64,000 nt of DNA from Phaeosaccion multiseriatum (GCA_965112735.1 OZ218954.1:3534001-3598000); one strand, 5' to 3'. Counted from the first letter of the stretch, positions 35,608 to 49,046 are shown. Notes: generated from the sequence alone by a model not told the origin. Made by a program: numbers and translations.

Positions 35608-37392
35608 ATGGGATTGAAGCGGTCGACGCAGAAGAGGAGGCTGCTACTCAGTCTGGCGGTGCTCTTTGTGGGCAGCCGGAGCTGGACTGGAACGGGGCCT
35701 CTCTTTGCCGCAGGCCAAAACCTGGTGGACGGGGAATGTGTCACAGACTTTGACCCCGACGCAGACGTGGACTACTTCCCGGATAAGACCTACCCGGACC
35801 TCGCCGAACTGTTCAACGTCACGTACTTTGGCCACTACAAGATTGTGGAGGACTACCACTCCAACTCGAGGATTGTGCTCTGGCAGTGTGGCACGAGCGA
35901 GCCCAGCGCGGCGGCAAGCGCCAACTTCTCAACGTCGGTCCCCATCTCCGGCGCTCTGATGGACTCTTCTGTAGCTCTCCCGCTGCTGAACATGGTAAGT
36001 GAGTAAGGTGACTGATGGGGGGAGAACTGATGGATCGGAGCCAACCGCAAGGGTCAGGCGCTGCGGCTGGTAGCTATCCAGTTGCTTGCCTTCTTCTTCT
36101 TCTTCTTCTTCTTCTTCTTCTTCTTCTTCTCCTTCCCCTCCTTCCCCTCCTCCTCCTCTCCTCCTCCTCCTCCTCCTCAATTTGACTGAACTCATCACAC
36201 ACACACCTTGCATGTCCTGCCCTGTTGTTCTCTGCCTCCCTCTCCCCACCACCACCACCACCACCACCACCACCACCACCGTTATTATTACTCCACCACC
36301 ACCGTACTTCCTTCCCTTTCCCCTCCCTATCCCCCTGTCCCTTTCCCCTCTTCCTTTCAGCTCGGCGAGAGGACCTCCCTCAAAGCATACATCGGAAACC
36401 TCCTATTCGTCACCGACCCATGCGTCAAGCAGCTAGAGGCCGATGGGGAGGTGGTGGAACCCTATTTCTCCGTAGAAAATGACACGTGCTTCTTCAGCAG
36501 GCTAGACAACGACATGATTGAGGACGTTGGGGTGGATGTGTCCTTCACTTCCAGCCCGTAAGTAGGAGGAGGAGGAGGAGGAGGAGGAGGAGGAGGGTTG
36601 GATTATGCGCTTCCTTGTCTCTCACTCCACTTCGCCCCATCCGTTGCCATCCATCCCTCCTGCCTCCCTCCATCCCCGCCACAAACACAGGATCACCACG
36701 AACCCCTGCGGAGACGACCTCAGTCCGACCGAGCCCCTTCTGAACCGCGTGTCCTACTCCGAGCGTTTCGAGGCTGGGGAGTACGCGAGTCTCAAGGCGG
36801 TGGAATGGCTCAAGTACTTCTCTTACTTCTACAACAAGGAGGCGAGGGCGGAGGAGGTGTATGGAGGCATTGAGCAGCGCTGGGAGTGCACCTCGGTACG
36901 TGTGTGTGTGTGTATGTGTATGGTGTCTGCATTTAGTGTGTTTCTGTTTCACCAACTGGGGCGCTGTATCACCAACTGCTCTGCTATGTCGCCAACTGCT
37001 GTGTGTGCTGGTAGTGCAAGTACGCGCAGGGGCGCAGACCCAAGAGGGGGCGGGCCGATAGGGACTGAGAGGGACTTGATTCTCTGACTCACTAACTGCC
37101 CGTACCCACCCACCCACCCACCCACCCACCTACCCACAGAGCAACGCTCTTCTCTGTAACGGACAGGCCAAGGACATCAAGCAAGTAGCCTGGCTGGGAT
37201 ACTACAACTGGAACGACACCGTGGACGGCAACTGGAACCCACCAGAGGAGGACACGTACTACCACGAGGCCATCACCGCCTCGGGAGGAGAGATGGTCCC
37301 GTGTACCGCCACGGTTTCCTCGAGCTTCGGCGGCGGGTAAGTTACTCTTTTTATTGTTGTTTTTGTTGTTGCTGTTGGTTGCTTTGCGTGTG

Positions 37393-37436
<44 letters not shown>

Positions 37437-38474
37437 ATCTTCCGTCTGACCTTCCCCTCTTAACCCTCCACTGCCGTCTCCCCTCTTGTCCTCCCCTCCC
37501 CCCATCAGATACATGTCCGACGACGAGATGGTGGAGTGCTACGCCAAGGCTGACGTGTGTATCTTCGCAGTCACCGATTGGGACTCCATGTGGGCCGAGA
37601 AGGAGCACGTCCTCAGGAAGCTTCGCTGCATCAAGCTCCGCACGGTGAGAGTGTGTGTGCGTGTGGGTGGGGTGCGTGGGTGGGTGAGAAGAGAGAGAGA
37701 GTGTGTAGGGCGAGTGTGCTTGCGTGTTTGTCGGTGTTATGGGTGTGTAGGTGTGCACCGGAAGCGAAGAGCGAAGCACCGCTCAGAACGACGGCGGGCT
37801 TTCCTTGTGTTCTCCCTCTCATCCCTCCTCCTCCTCCTCCTCGTCTTCCTCCTCCTCCTCCTCCCCCCCCCCTCTCCAGGCGTTTGATGTTGTCGGTAAC
37901 TCCGCTACGGACTGGTTCGAGTCCCGAAAGGCAAACCCCGACGTTCTCTTGGAGGTAAGAGGGAGGGAGAGGGAGAGAGATGGCAGCAGATGGGAACATA
38001 GTGCACCTTACACCACCGTACATGCGTAATGGCACCCCACTCCAAAACAATGCACGTCACTTTGACCAAAGAGGGACTACAGAGCGAGTCATATGCCCGT
38101 CCACTGCCATCCCTCTTCCCTTCTCCCCATCCGCTGCCATCCTTTTTCACTCCCCTTCCCATCCACTGCCATAAAGCCCCTGTCTCCTCACCCCACCCCC
38201 TCCCCTCTCGCCTTCCCTTCCCCTTTCTATTGTATAATATGCATATCTATCCATCTATGTATACTCCCAGGACATGGTGATGGCACTGCACCGCGACAAT
38301 GACATTTTCAACATTGGTGACCACGAGCGTGTGTACCTCCGTCGAGTCATGGGGGGACGTAAGAACCCCGCCGAGGAGGTGGGGATCTTCGATGGAGAGT
38401 GTGCGGATGTTGATCAGGAGTGGGTGACCAGGGCCAACGCGTGTACTCTACGGGAGGACTTGTGCGAGAGTTAA
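35608..38474 (+). CDS. CBA1: CBA1-like cobalamin acquisition protein (periplasmic-binding-protein fold), ~7 exons, N-terminal signal peptide
   Basis: CVTDFDPDADVDYFPDK, FNVTYFGHYKIV, VLWQCGT, EWLKYFSYFYNKE, DWFESRKANPDVLLE|DMV match the algal CBA1 / ABC substrate-binding-like family pattern as I recall it. Confidence 0.72.
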
Positions 38475-39344
38475 AAAGGAAGGGAGGAGGGAATGGCAGC
38501 AGACACCGGAATAGTATGTGTAGCGTAGGGTAGTGTAGCGTAGGGTAGTGTAGCGTAGAATAGACGAGGACAGGGGAGAGGAGGAGGGAGAAGAGGCAGC
38601 GCTCGAAGGAGGTGGGCGGGCGCCCTCGTGTGGAGGCAGTGTAAGATACACATCATTTTCGTATGTCAAGGAATACCCCCCCGGGCCCCGGCCCCCGAGC
38701 CGCCCCCCCCCCACCAACGGGAGATTATCAAACGGACAGACTTACACGTAATAAGAGACGGTGGCAGCGGCATGGCAACCGCGAAAGTAGAGCAGTAGTA
38801 GGATCCTTTGCAAGCCTGGGAGCCGAAGAGACGCCGCTGGAAGTAGAGGGGGGGGGGTTTCTCTCCCTTTTCTTGGTTCCCGCCTTTTTCTTCTCCCGCT
38901 CTTCCCCCACCTCTCTCGAGAGAAGAGCGGCACCGGCACAGCATCCAGCCACGGAGCAGCAGTACCAAGGCCCTTAGCAAGTCTGGGAGCCACAGACACG
39001 CCGCTGGGAGTGGAGGTTGGCGCGATAAGGCGGCGGAGTATCGCTCCCCTCTCTTCTGTGCTAAGCTCAAATAGCCTCAACGCACACACCTAGAGAGACC
39101 ATACGGCTGGAGAAACTTCGTGGGATGCTCCTATTCCAAGTGATCTCAGCCCTAGTATGCCCTGTCAGAGCCGCACGTCAACGGGAGGACAATGTAAGAC
39201 AAAAGTGCATTGCAAGTGTGGGAAGCGCGTGGGGAAGGGGGCTAGGAGGAGGAGGATGGACAGCACGGACCGTGGACAAACTATGGGAATGCACCATCGC
39301 GAGTGAGGTCTGACCGAACCGCTGCCGTAGAGGGAAGAGGGCTT

Positions 39345-39824
39345 ATGAAGGAGTGGATCGAGGGTGAGAGGGAGGATGGGAGGGCGGACAGAGAGGAAGA
39401 GGCAGCTGGACGGAAGGCAAAACGGGAAGGGGTCCCCCTGAATCACCGGGATGCATGTTTGAAGGGCCTTTTTGCCAGCTTTGGGCTGAACAAGGAGAGT
39501 TTTAGCCTTCCCTCGAAAGAAAAGCGCTCAAAGGTCGGTCAGTCTGTGGAGGAAGGAGGGATGACTCACGCAGGAGCTGACTCGTGCTACCGGCTCATGA
39601 CCAAGTGCGTCCAAAGTGTGTCGTCAATCATCTTCGGTGGTGCCTCGGCCGAGGAGGGGGTCGACGGCTTCGCACTTCGCCACCTGAAGCGGCGGAGAGC
39701 TCGAGGAGGTGGAGGTGCCGATGTGCTTGAGGAGTCTATGCGTGAGATGTTGGAGCATGCTTCCAAAAGGCAGAAGAAGAGGAAGAGGGCAGGTAGTTCT
39801 TCCGCAGCTGAGAACGAGACGTAG
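39345..39824 (+). CDS. Hypothetical protein (~159 aa from the first ATG), possibly one exon of an unrecognised gene
   Basis: Open frame with non-repetitive, protein-like composition and a basic cluster (KRQKKRKR); no recognised family. Confidence 0.3.
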   Translation: MKEWIEGEREDGRADREEEAAGRKAKREGVPLNHRDACLKGLFASFGLNKESFSLPSKEKRSKVGQSVEEGGMTHAGADSCYRLMTKCVQSVSSIIFGGASAEEGVDGFALRHLKRRRARGGGGADVLEESMREMLEHASKRQKKRKRAGSSSAAENET

Positions 39825-40058
39825 CTTGTTGCGAAAGTGTATAGAATCCAAGGCTTTGAAGAGAGAGGAGTACCGCTCCAATGCGTACCACTCTCCCGCA
39901 TTAGTTTGTTGCGAAAGTGTATAGAATCCAAGGCTTTGAAGACAGAGGAGTACCGCTCCAATAGTTACAACTCTCCCGCATTAGTTTGTTGCGAAAGTGT
40001 ATAGAATCCAAGGCTTTGAAGACAGAGGAGTACCGCTCCAATAGTTACAACTCTCCCC
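39822..40058. repeat. Minisatellite, 3 x 80 bp
   Basis: Unit TAGTTTGTTGCGAAAGTGTATAGAATCCAAGGCTTTGAAGACAGAGGAGTACCGCTCCAATAG... at 39822, 39902 and 39982. Confidence 0.92.
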
Positions 40059-40242
40059 CAATAACAAAACGAAGAGAGATCTGAGCTTTTCTAGAGTGTC
40101 GTCATTCAGCTTGAAGCGGCAGTACAACAAGTCAACCACCGCGGGCACGCTTCCTCCTCTGCCTCCCGCCTTGAAGCTGAACTTGAACTTTCGCTCATGA
40201 CTACCATCGGCTACCATCTACTATCGTAGTACTGCACTGCCA

Positions 40243-43200
40243 TCATGAGGTGAGGTGAAGTAGTCTAAAAGAGGGCTGCCGCAGCATCGCCCTCTGAATG
40301 TCCGTCAGACTCAACTGCGCCGTCTCCACCACAAACGCCTTCACAAAAAACACCCCGCCCAAGCTCACAACCGCAAACAAGACAAACAGCCCGCCCCAGC
40401 CCAGCGCACTCTTGGCCAAGGGAAGGAGGAGGGTGACGGCCCCGTTGACGGCAAAGAGGAGAGTGATGGCTTGAGCCGCCGCTTGCTGTCTGTACTTGGG
40501 GGGGAAGATTTCGCCCATGAGTACCCAAGTTACAGGTCCGGGCCCGAGCTCGTAGGATGCCACGACCAGATAGAAGCCTGGTTGCGTACGTGACCATACG
40601 CGTGACCATACGTAAGGAAGGGGGGGGTGGGGGGGGGCAGAGGGGGGTGATGATATGGCAGGCTCTTTCCCTAACCCTAACCCTACCTTATTCCTTTCCA
40701 CTTCCCCCCAGCCCCTCACCTGCCATGACGGCCCACGCCACGGTTTCCGTATTCTGCATACTCCCAAAGAGACACGCGATGCCCATGACACCCATCCCGC
40801 AAGTCATGCCAGTCATACCGAGGAGGAGGAGCGTCTTACGGCCGAAACGGTCGATGGTGAAGGCCACGATGAAAGTGACGAGCAGCTTGAGTGTACCCAG
40901 CAAAGCCAGGCCAGTGTTGACGGAGATGATTCCTAATTGTAAGTGGGATAGTTGTACATGTATGTCCGTTTTCTGATTTTCAGCTGGTTCAATGGTTAGA
41001 CGTTATACTCACAGGTGTCGCCAAAGGCCCCCTCGACTCACCTATGTCACTGAAGAGCAGGGCGGCGTAGTAGAGGAGAGCCAGCATGCCGCTGAGCACA
41101 CTCACCACAACTACCCCCGTGCTCACGTAGAGGGACATTCGCACAGACTTAATCTGCCACAGGTTCGTATGTCTGCCATGTGGGGGGTTGTTGCCCATAT
41201 GACTACTGCTGCTGCTGCTGCTGCTGCTGATGCTGCTGCCAATACAACTGCTGCTGTCGCCTTTACCACCACCGCCGCCGCCACCACCACCACCTTGTTG
41301 ATCTTCTGCTTCTCCTCGCTCCCCGCTTGTTGTGTCGGAAGTTCGAGGAAACGAAGGTGTGTTTTGTGGGTGCAGGAATCCTTCCTCTTCCTCCTCCCCT
41401 TTGTCTGGGGCGGTTTCGTCCTTCGATGTCACACGAGCGGAGAGGAGTAAGTAGGAGGGGGGCGAGGGGGAAAGGGGTGAAGGGGAGTAGGGAGAGGGGG
41501 GGGGAGCATAAGAAAAGGAAGGAAGGAAGGAAGGAAGGAAGGAAGGAAGGAAGGAAGGAAGGAAGGAAGAAAGGAAGGAAGGAAGGAAGGAAGGAAGGAA
41601 GGAAGGAAGGAAGGAAGGAAGGAAGGAAGGAAGGAAGGAAGGAAGGAAGGAAGGAAGGAAGGAAGGAAGGAAGGAAGGAAGGAAGGAAGGAAGGAAGGAA
41701 GGAAGGAAGGAAGGAAGGAAGGAAGGAAGGAAGGAAGAAGCCAACCATCAGTTCACTCAGTCAGTCGAGCATCGAAATTCGCAAATCACTCACCTCAGTG
41801 CCGCCGTTGCTGCTATTGCTGCTATTGCTACCATTTTCACCACCATTCTCACTGCTACCCTCTCTGCTACTCCTGCTACTACTACCACTACTAGGCGTGT
41901 TGGTACTAGTGCCGTCGCCAAGCTCCTCATCGAAGTACAGCGCGTCCTTGAGATCCTGGGGCATAGCGAGGGAGAGGGGAGAGGCGAGATGAGGGAGGGC
42001 GGGGACAGGGGGAGCGAGAGAACATCTCAGACCAAGGCAAAGCAAAGTAAGGACCGACAGACAGACAGGCAGACCCGACGCCGCGCGCAACTGTGCGCTA
42101 CCTCACCCCATCCCCTGCCATCCCACCCCACCTCACTCCGTTCACTGCCATCCCATCCCACCCCACTCCATCCGATGCCATCCCATCCCACCCCACCCCA
42201 CTCCATCCACTGCCATCCTCAATCCAAGAGGCCCACCCTTGAGGCGGGTAGGTGCGTGCGTGTGTGCGTGCTTGGGTGGGTGCGTGGGTGCGTTCTTACC
42301 TTCTCAAGTGCTCTCACGTCATCCCACGTGGCGCTTGCGTTGAGGAAGCTCAGCGCCTTCATGATCCTTCTGTTGCTCTCCGTCACCCTGTCAGTGGGGA
42401 CCACGGACCCCCGGAAACCACCTGAACTTGCACCGTATGGAGATGACGGCGCCGATTGCCCTTGTGGTTGCTGCTGTTGTCTCGTCGGGTGGAGCACCCT
42501 GCTTGCCTCCGCTTTGAGAATCAAGCTGGACGGAGCCTGAGGGCGTGAGTGGTGCATGTAGTAGGAGTTTAGAAGCGGGTAGGATGGAATGGTAGGGGAT
42601 GGGTAGATTTATGTATCCACTCTGCTCTATATCACCAACGGCTCACCTGTGGGAGATACTTTAGCCCCACGAGGCCGATGAGGGAAGTCACGGCCATGCC
42701 AAAGTACGCCAGGGCAGGATGGTTGAGTGCGAGGCCTGCAGCAGCAGTTGGTGGTACAGCAGAATGCGAGCAAGCACGGCAACATAAGAGATCGAGATGA
42801 CGAGAGCCACATATCCGCACCCACCCAGTGAAGAGGCAAGAGAGGAGCCAAATCAATGAGGGTGACACGGGGTATCGATTGGCAGCCCAACCAATGAAGA
42901 GGAAGAAAGAGAGAGACGGACAGAAAGAGCAGGGGGAAATAAGAGAGAGAGGGGAAGTAGAAAGAGCAAATCAGAAGAGAAGAGAAAGAGAAGAGAGAGA
43001 AGAGACAGAGAAAAGAACGCGTCCCTCCCTCTCTCCCTCCCTCCCTTCCGCCACCCCCTTCCTCACCTCCGACGTAGCCCACTAGTAAGCCCACAACGAT
43101 AGCCACCTCCTCCATTGAGTTGAGCATGCCTCGAATGGAGGGAGGGGCCAGTTCGCCTACATAGGTGGGTATGAAGTGCAGGACAATGCCCATACCCGCC

Positions 43201-44226
43201 CCTGCGATGAGCCTGTGTTGCAAGGAAGTAAGTCAATGAGTTACTCATGGTTCTTTAGACCTGTAGAGTACCATCGCATCCTTTCGGTGAGGTGAGAGAT
43301 TCGATTCGATCACGGTGGATGGCAGTCACATCCTTTCCTTTCCGATGGGCCAAGGGGGATGGGAGCAGAGGATGGCAGTGGATGACACACCTGAACATGG
43401 CGAAGACGATAAGTGTAGATGCGTAATACCAATTCGCCGTCGCCATGAGGCCCTCCAGTAGTGCCCCCATGAACAGAAGGAGGGCTCCAAGCTGGAGGTC
43501 TCCACGGGCCCCCAGGCCACTTGAGAGTCACACAACACACGTGCGCATGAAGCAAAAACACACGCACACGGACACACGCACACACGCGTGCACAAACATA
43601 CGTACGAGGGAGGGAGGGAGGGAGGGAGAGAGAGAGAGAGAGATTGCGTTGGTGATTCAGAGCCCCGAGGGAAGGGACTTCGCTTTTGGATTTGGCGCGG
43701 CAGGAGCAAGCAGCCCAGTAGCAGAAGCAGCAGGTGCGTTCAGCTCTTCCTTCCCTCCTTTCTCTCTCCTCTTCCCTCTCCCCTTGCTTGCCCTGTTTGA
43801 GAGTGGCACTTACGTCTCTGTCCTTCCCGTGACATGCGCGCCAATGACAGCCCCGAACGACACTAGCGACACGATGAGACCGCGCAGCGCTGTGCTGTCC
43901 GAGAGGAGCTTGAAGGCACCCCCCACCCCGTCCTCCCCCTTGTCGTCGATCCACAACAGGACGCAGGAGGTTACCCCAATGTCGTAACCAAAGGCGAAGG
44001 AGAGGATATGGACGGTCAGGACCAGCTGCACCACCCGAAGCCACTTGACTCCATCCCAACTATGTCTTGTGTGTCCTTTCCGTCTCGCTCTCTTATTCGG
44101 TCCATCACCAATTGTTACGCTTCGCACGGCCCCAGCTGCTGCCACGGGCCCCTCGCCTTGCTCCAGCGACCCTGACGGGGGGGAATTGGCGGGAAGCAGA
44201 GGCTCCCGTCGCTCTGATGCGACCAT
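40243..44226 (-). CDS. MFS sugar porter family transporter, multi-exon
   Basis: FAFGYDIGV, RLIAGAGMG..PTYVGELAPPSIRGMLNS, IDRFGRKTLLL, GPGPVTWVLMGEIFPPKYR, VETAQLSLTDI; N-terminal dileucine-like ERREPLL. Confidence 0.92.
41517..41737. repeat. (GGAA)n intronic microsatellite
   Basis: ~220 bp of near-pure GGAA in a sugar-transporter intron. Confidence 0.95.
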
Positions 44227-44513
44227 CGCAGCTGCCACGTAACCTCCTTGTCCTACTGAAATCAATCAAGCTATTAGGGGAATCGGGGAAGACCTTCCTT
44301 CCTTCCGCCCAGAGACATCATGTACTCGGAGAGAGAAAGCTTCCATCTTCAGGCGTGGTTATTATTGTTCAGTGATGAATGGATGCGCAAGACGGAGGAG
44401 AGGGGAGGGTGAGAGAGAAGGGCCAAAGGAAAGAAGAGAAGAAGGCGAACAGTTACGTTCATTGCCTTAGGAAAAAAAAATCTCGCTCTCTTCTCTATCT
44501 TCCCCGAGTGACC

Positions 44514-46218
44514 ATGACGTTCTCTAGCCCCACCCGGCGCCTACGGACGGGAGGCTTGAGTAAAACAGGCACCTTATCCGAGACGCTTCAGTTTAAGAGC
44601 ACGACGGAGATCATTCGAGCGAAGGAGCGGCAGGGCAAGGAAGGCGAAGGGGGCGGGACGGATCACGAGGATAACCTTAAGGATCCCGCACTAGGAGTGC
44701 TTGCAGGGGTTGACGACGTGAGTGCTCTGTTTAGGATGAAATGGAGAGAGCCTGTGGAGCGGGCCAGCGTAAGGAGCCCCATACGTCAAATCTCCTCCTC
44801 TTGCCTTGCTCCTTGTTTTGCTTTTTTCTATCCCTTGGACACTGGCTTGGCTAAGTTCGCAGTCAATGCTGTGCAGAAGGAGTCGTCTCCAGATCCTTAC
44901 CCTGACTCTTACCCTGACCCTGACCCCGACCCTGCCCCCCTGTCTCCCTCCCCACTCAGTTTGTCCTGACTACCAAAAAGGCGGGGAACAGCATCATCAA
45001 CGAAGTCTCCATCGTTAAGCCACGTCGGAAAAATCCTATCGTATACCTGGTGAGTGAGCATTTCCCCACCTCCAGGTCTCTCCCCTGCCCCAGGTCTTCC
45101 TTCCCCTGGCCCTTTGGGTCAAGTCTCGCCTTACCTACCCTGTGACCCTCGCTCCCTCCCTCCCTCCCTCCCTCTCTCCTCCCTCTCGCCCGCTATCCCT
45201 CGCTCTCTTCTCTCTTCTCTCGTCTGCCCTTTGCCTTGCTCTGCCTTACCGTGGGTCCCTAAAATCTTTTCTAAAAGGATGTCCTCATCGCGGGTGACTA
45301 CGTCGGACGGTTGACGATGGAGGTCAGTTTCAGCTTCCGTTTTCATTCCTTGGGTAGCGCTGTCCTCCTCTCTGCCCCACCATCTTGCCTTTCCCCGGAC
45401 TTCTCTCAAAAGCAAACGCTCTCAATATCTTTCTCTTCCTCCCTCCGTCCATGATTACGTAAATCTTAGGTTTCCTCCCCTTCCCCACACCCTCTCTCTC
45501 GGTTCTCGCCCACGCCCCTCCCTCCTCCCTCCCCCCCTCCTCTGCGGTGCAGCTGCGAGCAGATATTGTACCCCGCACGGCGGAGAACTTCCGAGTGCTC
45601 TTTACAGGGGAGAAAGGCTTCTCCAGAGAAGGCGTTAAGCTCAGCTACGAAGGATCCACCATTCACAGGGTAATCAAGGTGAGTGAGTGAGTGAGTGAGT
45701 GAGTGAGTGAGGGAGGGAGGGAGGGAGGGAGGGAGGGAGGGAGGGAGGGACGGAGTGAGGGTGTCAAACTCAGCTCCGAAGGATCCGCCATTTACATCCA
45801 TTCACAGGGTGACTAGGACGGGGTGGGGATGCCTCCTCTGTACTTCACTACATGACACGAGTTCGATCAGTCCATACAAGAGAGGCAGTAGGAGAGGGAG
45901 AAACTCGTTTGGCTTTGCGATTGGCTTTCTCAGTTCACTTGCTTGCCTTAACAGACTCCCCCTCTCACCATCTCTCCCTGCCTGCTCCCTCCCTCCCTTC
46001 CTCCCCTCCCTCCTCCCGTGTATCACCAACAGGACAACATGATCCAGTTAGGAGACATCGCCGCAAATGACGGGTCCGGCAAGCTCAGCGCAGTGGAGGG
46101 GCAGGGGCCCTTTGAGGATGAGAATTTCCTCCTCAGACATGTAGGCCCTGGAGTGCTGTCCTGCTCCAACAGCGGACCGAACAGCAACACCTCGCAGGTG
46201 AAGTATGGGGTGGGTAGG

Positions 46219-46281
<63 letters not shown>

Positions 46282-47692
46282 TGTGTGTGTGTGTGTGTAT
46301 GTGTGTGAGTGAGTGTGTATTCGTGTGTGTCAGTGCGTGTGTGAATGTGTGCGTGAGTGTGAGTTTGTGTATGTGTGTGTTTGCGTGTGTGTATATGTGC
46401 GTGGGTACCCCTGCAGGAGCTCGCCCGCAGCTCCAGGGTCTCCTCCGGGGAGGAAGGGAAGAGAAAGGAAAAGAGGCTATGGAGGGAGAGGGGAGCGAGA
46501 GGGAGAGGGAGACAGGGGTAGAGGTTGTCGCTAGAGGACCTTGCTCGTTAGTATCCATCTATCGCGTCGTACAGAGGCTCCACCTTTCTCATATCTCCTG
46601 ACTGTTTTCAATCTATTCCACCAACCGTTGTACTTGCTTGCTTGTACGACAACTGTGATGATTGATGACCATGATGGATGGTTTCCAGTTCTGCATTACC
46701 ACGGTCGTGACTCGGTGGCGGGACGAGAGGCATATGGTGTTCGGCTGCCTGGTGGATCAGGTACGGTTGGCAGGAATGGATGGCAGTGAATGGGGTGGGT
46801 GAGTGGATGGCAGTGGATGGGTTTAGAGGGGTGGGGTAGAGGCGGGGGGTATGACAGTGGGAGGGGATGGCAGTGGATGGGGAGGGATGGGTGCAGGGGT
46901 GGAGTGGAGGAAGTACCTCCAAACCATTGCGCATCTGTTTGGGAATATAATTGAGGCTGGAATTTCGAATCGACATCGAGGGTCGACATTGAGGATCGAC
47001 ATTGAGGATCGGCACTTTGTTTGGCTGTGGACACCTGTTGTGTAGGCCCCGATGACTGCCATCCATCGGAATCTAACGATGATTGGACGTACACAACACT
47101 GACTTACGACGCACACGCAAACACAACACATACGCATACGCACACACATGCATGCACACACGGCACCAACAGGAGAGCTACAATTTGCTGTACCGCATCG
47201 AATCCCTCGGCACCGACACCACGGCTCCGGCCACCACCATCTCGGTAAGTAAGACCACGCCAGCCAGGCGGGTAGGTAGGTAGGTAGGTAGGTAGGTAGG
47301 TAGGTAGGTAGGTAGGTAGGTAGGTAGGTGGGTAGGTAGGTAGGTAGGTAGGTAGGTAGGTAGGCAGACAGGCAGACAGGCAGAAGTTAGTCAGGCGAGC
47401 GGGTGGGCAGGCAGGTAGGCAGATAGGCAGGCAGGTAGGCAGGCAGGTAGGCAGGCAGGCAAGCAGGCAGGCAAGCAAATCACCGAAAAGCGCAAGGAGT
47501 GCTGGTGGAATGAAGGTGGAAGAAGGATGAAATGAAAGAAGGGGCAAAGAAAATGAGGATGGAGTAAGGGTGCTTCGTAGTGGGGGGTGGTGTGCTGTGG
47601 TACCATGGAAGGCATTTGCTCCATCCCTTCTCATCTCTCCACCTGCTCTCTCCATGCCCTTTCAGATAGCCGAAAGCGGCCAGCTGATGTGA
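44514..47692 (+). CDS. Cyclophilin-type peptidyl-prolyl isomerase domain protein with N-terminal extension, ~8 exons
   Basis: NPIVYL|[15 protein letters not shown]|[33 protein letters not shown]|DNMIQLGD...[29 protein letters not shown]|[15 protein letters not shown]...IAESGQLM*. Confidence 0.9.
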
Positions 47693-49046
47693 TGGCACGA
47701 TTCGATTTGACGCAGAGCTGCCTGGCCTTCCGCAGCCGTTCGCTCAGTCGATCAGTCGATGAGTCGATCAGTCTCTCACTCACAGAGCACTCTACGCGTC
47801 AACCCCGAGTTGGCACAGCAAAGCCAGCGCTGTGTTCGCTTATAAGCGAGGCGTGGTGGAGAGAGTGAGTGTGTGTGTGAGAGAGGGAGACAGAGATACA
47901 CACACATTCACGGAGAGAGAGAGAGACGGAGAGATAAAGACAGAGAGAGACGGACAGAGACAGAGACCGCCAGAGAGAAATAGAGAGAGAGTGCTGTGGG
48001 CATACACCTTCGTGCAGCAGCAAGCAGCTCTCGGCCGTGGGGGCTCTCGCGCAGCTGCTCCTTCGGGCTGCTGCTGCTCTCCCTGGATGCAATTGCTTGA
48101 GTCAAGGCTCAGGGCGATTGCTTAGGGCAAGGCTCAGGGCTTGTGTGCTTGAGTCAAGGCTCAGCACCTCAGCACCGGGGACAGCACAGGACCGGCCCAG
48201 TCCAGCCAAATGACACGCCACATAAGGATGACGGGGGGGGACGGGGTTGGAGCCCGCCAGCCCGCCACCTGCCTTCGGAGCTTGGCAGTACCGGTTTCCG
48301 CCACACCTATATATCACCAGTTGCTGCTGCTGTGCTGCTTGTGAATGGGCTGCCGGCTGCCCGCCCGAGCCGCTGCGGCGCAGTAGAGACAGCCCAGGAA
48401 CATGCGTGACTGCTGGTAGGGGGCCTGGGTGGATCGGGCCTGCATCCGTATGCACTCTCCTGACACCAAGCACTTCTGGGCTGCTCACGCGTTGTGGGGA
48501 ATGCCTGGTGGGTGGGATGTCTGCCGACGCGCGATAAACTTCGGTGAAAGCCACAGAAGGGTTTTGCGGCTCTTTCCAGAGGGCCTTGTACCGGAGTAAC
48601 CAGCTTGGAGGGGAGAGAGGGTGAAAGAGCGAAAGAAAGAGAGGAGAGAGGAGAGCGAGAGAGGGAGAAAGAGGGAGAGAAAGGGAGAGAGAGCAGGAGA
48701 GAGAGAAAGAGCGAGGGAGAGCTTCAATTGGAGCAGTGGGACTGTGTGGTTGTTCAGGAGGGGCAATTGTCGATTGCCTCCATCTGTGACTCCGCCTCCG
48801 TATGCATATCGCACGAGCCCCTAGCGCCGTCCCAAGTGGGTCATCGCACCCCACTCATTGGCAGCACTTCTAACATACACAATGTAATAAATGTATACAG
48901 GTAATGGCATGCACACATTTAATCGCATGCAATGATGGGCGTTTCTCAGGGGGGGGGCTAACTATTAGATGTACTAAAGTCATGTGTACGTCAATGGCGC
49001 AATGATGGGTACTGCTCAGGGCGGGCTAAGCATACGATGTGCAATA

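Noticed and set aside
40669-40686. Telomere-like CCCTAA repeats
   Set aside because: Only 2-3 units inside an intron; not a telomere.
48102-48854. 250-aa minus-strand ORF
   Set aside because: No recognisable motif in any frame and it includes a CT microsatellite, so it cannot be supported as a gene.
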